Assembly: GCA_019894975.1 (NCBI GenBank)
Contig: JAGXNO010000002.1
Coordinates: 1-64,000 of the forward strand
Direction: 5' to 3'
DNA from: Promethearchaeota archaeon
GTDB taxonomy: Archaea; Asgardarchaeota; Lokiarchaeia; Sigyniarchaeales; SOKP01
DNA length: 64,000 bases
This document shows positions 61,559-64,000 of the stretch, piece by piece. Numbering within the stretch: the stretch's first letter is position 1; the number at the start of each line of letters is the position of its first letter. The translations under genes and the position numbers were made by a program. Under the pieces are notes generated by a model. That model did no database searches. It was not told the origin of the DNA and saw nothing but the letters and a program-made list of their open reading frames with translations.

Positions 61559-61894
61559 TTTATGAACTCTCCTTCTAACAACTATTTCAAGAAATTAAAT
61601 TCCATATTCGTCTTAAATTTAATTTAAGAATTGAGTTTATTAAAAGAAATATATTAATAATTTATTAATTTATAGAGAAGGATTTCACCAGATTTAGGTA
61701 GAAAAATATTCTTTAAACATAAGAGAGAAGATTAATTTGATAGGTGTATATTCATCTTATGTATAAATATTCATCTATTTATCTCAAGATTAAGCTCAAT
61801 CTGATTTAATCCATCTAATTTCAAGTGAGTGAATTTTCATCGTACAAAAATTTAAAGATAAAACAATATTTTATTTATTAATCAGATTCAAAAA

Positions 61895-61998
61895 GGACTC
61901 GTAGCCTAGCCTGGTGGTTTTTTTCTTTATAATAACCATGTAAATAGGGCGTCAGACTTCTAATCTGAATGTCGCAGGTTCGAATCCTGCCGAGTCCG
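61895..61998 (+). tRNA. tRNA-Arg(TCT) with 29-nt D-loop intron (61915-61943)
   Basis: Acceptor GGACTCG/CGAGTCC, anticodon TCT 61959-61961, T-arm GCAGGTTCGAATCCTGC; BHB-like junctions. Confidence 0.93.
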
Positions 61999-62203
61999 CT
62001 TCTTTTTATTCCTTGATTAAATCTATCTTTTTTAACAATCATATATCATCTGGAGTTTGATTGTACAATGAATTCAATTCTTTAAATTGAAGGATAATAA
62101 TTAATAAATTCTATAGAAGAATCTTGTATCCCCCTATATGTTATATACAGAGATTAAAACCGAAACCTTCAAAAAAAAATCATAAATTAAGGATATCTTA
62201 AGT

Positions 62204-62788
62204 TTATTTACCCCGTCCCTTGTTGGATCTAATACTTGGTCTAGTTTTCTCAGATCCCCAACCTTTTTTATGCAAACCCCTTGCTCTCTTTCCTGCAGAG
62301 GTCAAGCCTCGGGTAACTCTTTTCTTATGCTGGCTTTCACAAATCCAGTTAATTTTTGGATCTGATTTAATAACAGGATGATGTGGATCCACCAAAATCA
62401 CTTCATAATACCAATTTCTACCGTCAGCATAAATTTTGTATGAATTTAATACTTGCATGTTTGGATGCTTACGTTGAACTCTTTCCTCTGCAATCCATTG
62501 AAGGTTTTTTCCTGTAGTGTACTTAGAAACACCCATAGCTCTAGGTTTTCTTCCTCGTTTTGGACGGATTTTATGCATTCCACCTTTTCTAATACGCGCT
62601 CTTACTATGGAATATCCTTGCTTAGCTTTATATCCCAATTCCCTTGCTCGGTAAATCTTAGTGGGCTTTTCAATCCTTTGAATAGATTTACCCTTCCGAT
62701 ATTCAATTCCACGTTGCCAGTACGGTGATTGATATCCTTTCTCGTGTTTTTCAAAAGTATCTTTTATATGTTTGTATCCAGACTTCAA
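62204..62788 (-). CDS. rpl15e: 50S ribosomal protein L15e
   Basis: RARELGYKAKQG, IAEERV, VLNSY, EVILVDP, RGLTSAG. Confidence 0.98.
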   Translation of the reverse strand: MKSGYKHIKDTFEKHEKGYQSPYWQRGIEYRKGKSIQRIEKPTKIYRARELGYKAKQGYSIVRARIRKGGMHKIRPKRGRKPRAMGVSKYTTGKNLQWIAEERVQRKHPNMQVLNSYKIYADGRNWYYEVILVDPHHPVIKSDPKINWICESQHKKRVTRGLTSAGKRARGLHKKGWGSEKTRPSIRSNKGRGK

Positions 62789-62995
62789 TTATGCTTTACA
62801 CATCCATACTTTGTTATTAATAAAAAATAAACATATTTTATTACTTTTATGATAAATTTATAGTTAACTATCAATGGTAAGTAAATTTAAAATTATAATT
62901 TATGGAGATTTTATTCTTTTTAATTTTTAATCAATAATTTTATTATTAAGATAATCATTTCATAATCAAGAATCTAAGCTTAAAGGAATTTTCTG

Positions 62996-63472
62996 ATGGA
63001 AAATAATAAAAAAAGTAAATCAAAGAAATCTATTAAGCCAAAAATTAAAAAAGAAAATGGATTAGCAATAACTTACGATAAAAAAGCATTATATGAAAGA
63101 TTTCCTCATCTAATAGATGAAATAAATGGAAAAAAGAAAGTAGTTAAAATTGAATCCGTCGAAGGATCTCCACACTCATTAAATCTTAACTCCGGCAAAA
63201 ATCATTCAAGAGAATTAGTGAATCCTGGTGCAATAGATTTTATTAGGAGATGTAAAACCAAAGAGGAAGCTTTCAATATCTTAGATTATTTACTAAAACG
63301 AAAAGAGATCTCCAAATCAAGTTATGAATCTTTCAAAAGGCAAATTCATCAAGAAGCGAGTCTAAAAAGTTTTATTGATAAACACGGAGGATTTAAAAGT
63401 CCAGGTTACTATGAAAAGAAATATAGAGACCTAATACGGGAAAAACCAAATCAAAATAGAAAAGAAGATTAG
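62996..63472 (+). CDS. DUF2095 family protein
   Basis: FPHLIDEI, PGAIDFIRRCKTKEEA..LDYL, PGYY. Confidence 0.8.
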   Translation: MENNKKSKSKKSIKPKIKKENGLAITYDKKALYERFPHLIDEINGKKKVVKIESVEGSPHSLNLNSGKNHSRELVNPGAIDFIRRCKTKEEAFNILDYLLKRKEISKSSYESFKRQIHQEASLKSFIDKHGGFKSPGYYEKKYRDLIREKPNQNRKED

Positions 63473-63606
63473 AATGATCTCTTCAAAAGCAAAAAAAATT
63501 AAGGAATGAAATTTAATATATTACGAGAAGAAATATGATGAGCTTATGACAATAATAACTATTGCTCTTAGTGATGATTCTTGTCGCCCCAATCTGATTT
63601 TTTCTC

Positions 63607-63864
63607 TTAATCAGTATTCTTTTCTAATTGATTTTTGAAATTAAGTCCTTTCTCAGTTAGAATATACTCCTTTTTAATCACTTTAATTAGGTTTAATTCA
63701 AGCAAAACAGGTGTTCTTCCTTTAATACATGAAGTTGGTAAGCCTGAAAACAATTTAATTGTTTCAAAATCCTTAGCACCTTTATCTATTGCAAATAAAA
63801 TTTCGATCCCCATATAACCCAAAAGATTTTTTAAATCTTCTTTAGACTCTTCCCCATTGAACAT
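63607..63864 (-). CDS. Small winged-helix protein
   Basis: LLELNLI....YILTEKG wing motif. Confidence 0.65.
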   Translation of the reverse strand: MFNGEESKEDLKNLLGYMGIEILFAIDKGAKDFETIKLFSGLPTSCIKGRTPVLLELNLIKVIKKEYILTEKGLNFKNQLEKNTD

Positions 63865-64000
63865 AGCATTTTAACCATTTCTATTTTCTTCCTTGTTTAA
63901 TCATTTAATTCCCCTAATTTCTTTTCTTCTCTTTCCTGTTCTCTTAATTTTAGATTATACTTATTCGCAACAATAGGTTCAGATTCCTTTGGCACCAATT

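Noticed and set aside
60836-61998. Integrated element or Cas4/CRISPR locus at tRNA-Arg
   Set aside because: Lone PD-(D/E)XK nuclease without Cas4 Fe-S cysteines; no integrase, att duplication or repeat-spacer array seen
2137-63817. Numerous 60-142 aa antisense ORFs inside identified genes (e.g. 10510, 11143, 15601, 29568, 43788, 56385, 62453)
   Set aside because: Shadow frames of well-supported genes on the opposite strand

Overview
Very AT-rich archaeal chromosomal window. The 16S sequence, class I LysRS, L15e/S17e, two TFBs, Cdc6/Orc1, ABCE1 and NEMF, together with several roadblock, MglA-like GTPase and V4R proteins, point to an Asgard archaeon, most likely Lokiarchaeia (inferred from gene content). 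It holds the 5' part of a 16S rRNA gene, three tRNAs (Glu-CTC and Arg-TCT with D-loop introns, Ile-GAT), translation and tRNA-modification genes, a dispersed Tad/type IV pilus set and several uncharacterised proteins. No CRISPR array or mobile element was seen. The top finding is an unannotated 18-aa Trp-rich leader peptide (MTLASNLNWCWQWPWRSR) followed by a hairpin and a U7 tract upstream of a stand-alone trpB2, a candidate ribosome-mediated attenuator in an archaeon. Other notable items: a tandem-roadblock / DENN-like / GTPase operon, a bacterial-style Flp pilin, a self-contained 9-aa peptide transcription unit divergent from a 1210-aa putative regulator, a His-less gamma-CA/dynactin-like protein, and probable ATC/ATA start codons. 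All family assignments are by-eye motif recognition, not database searches.
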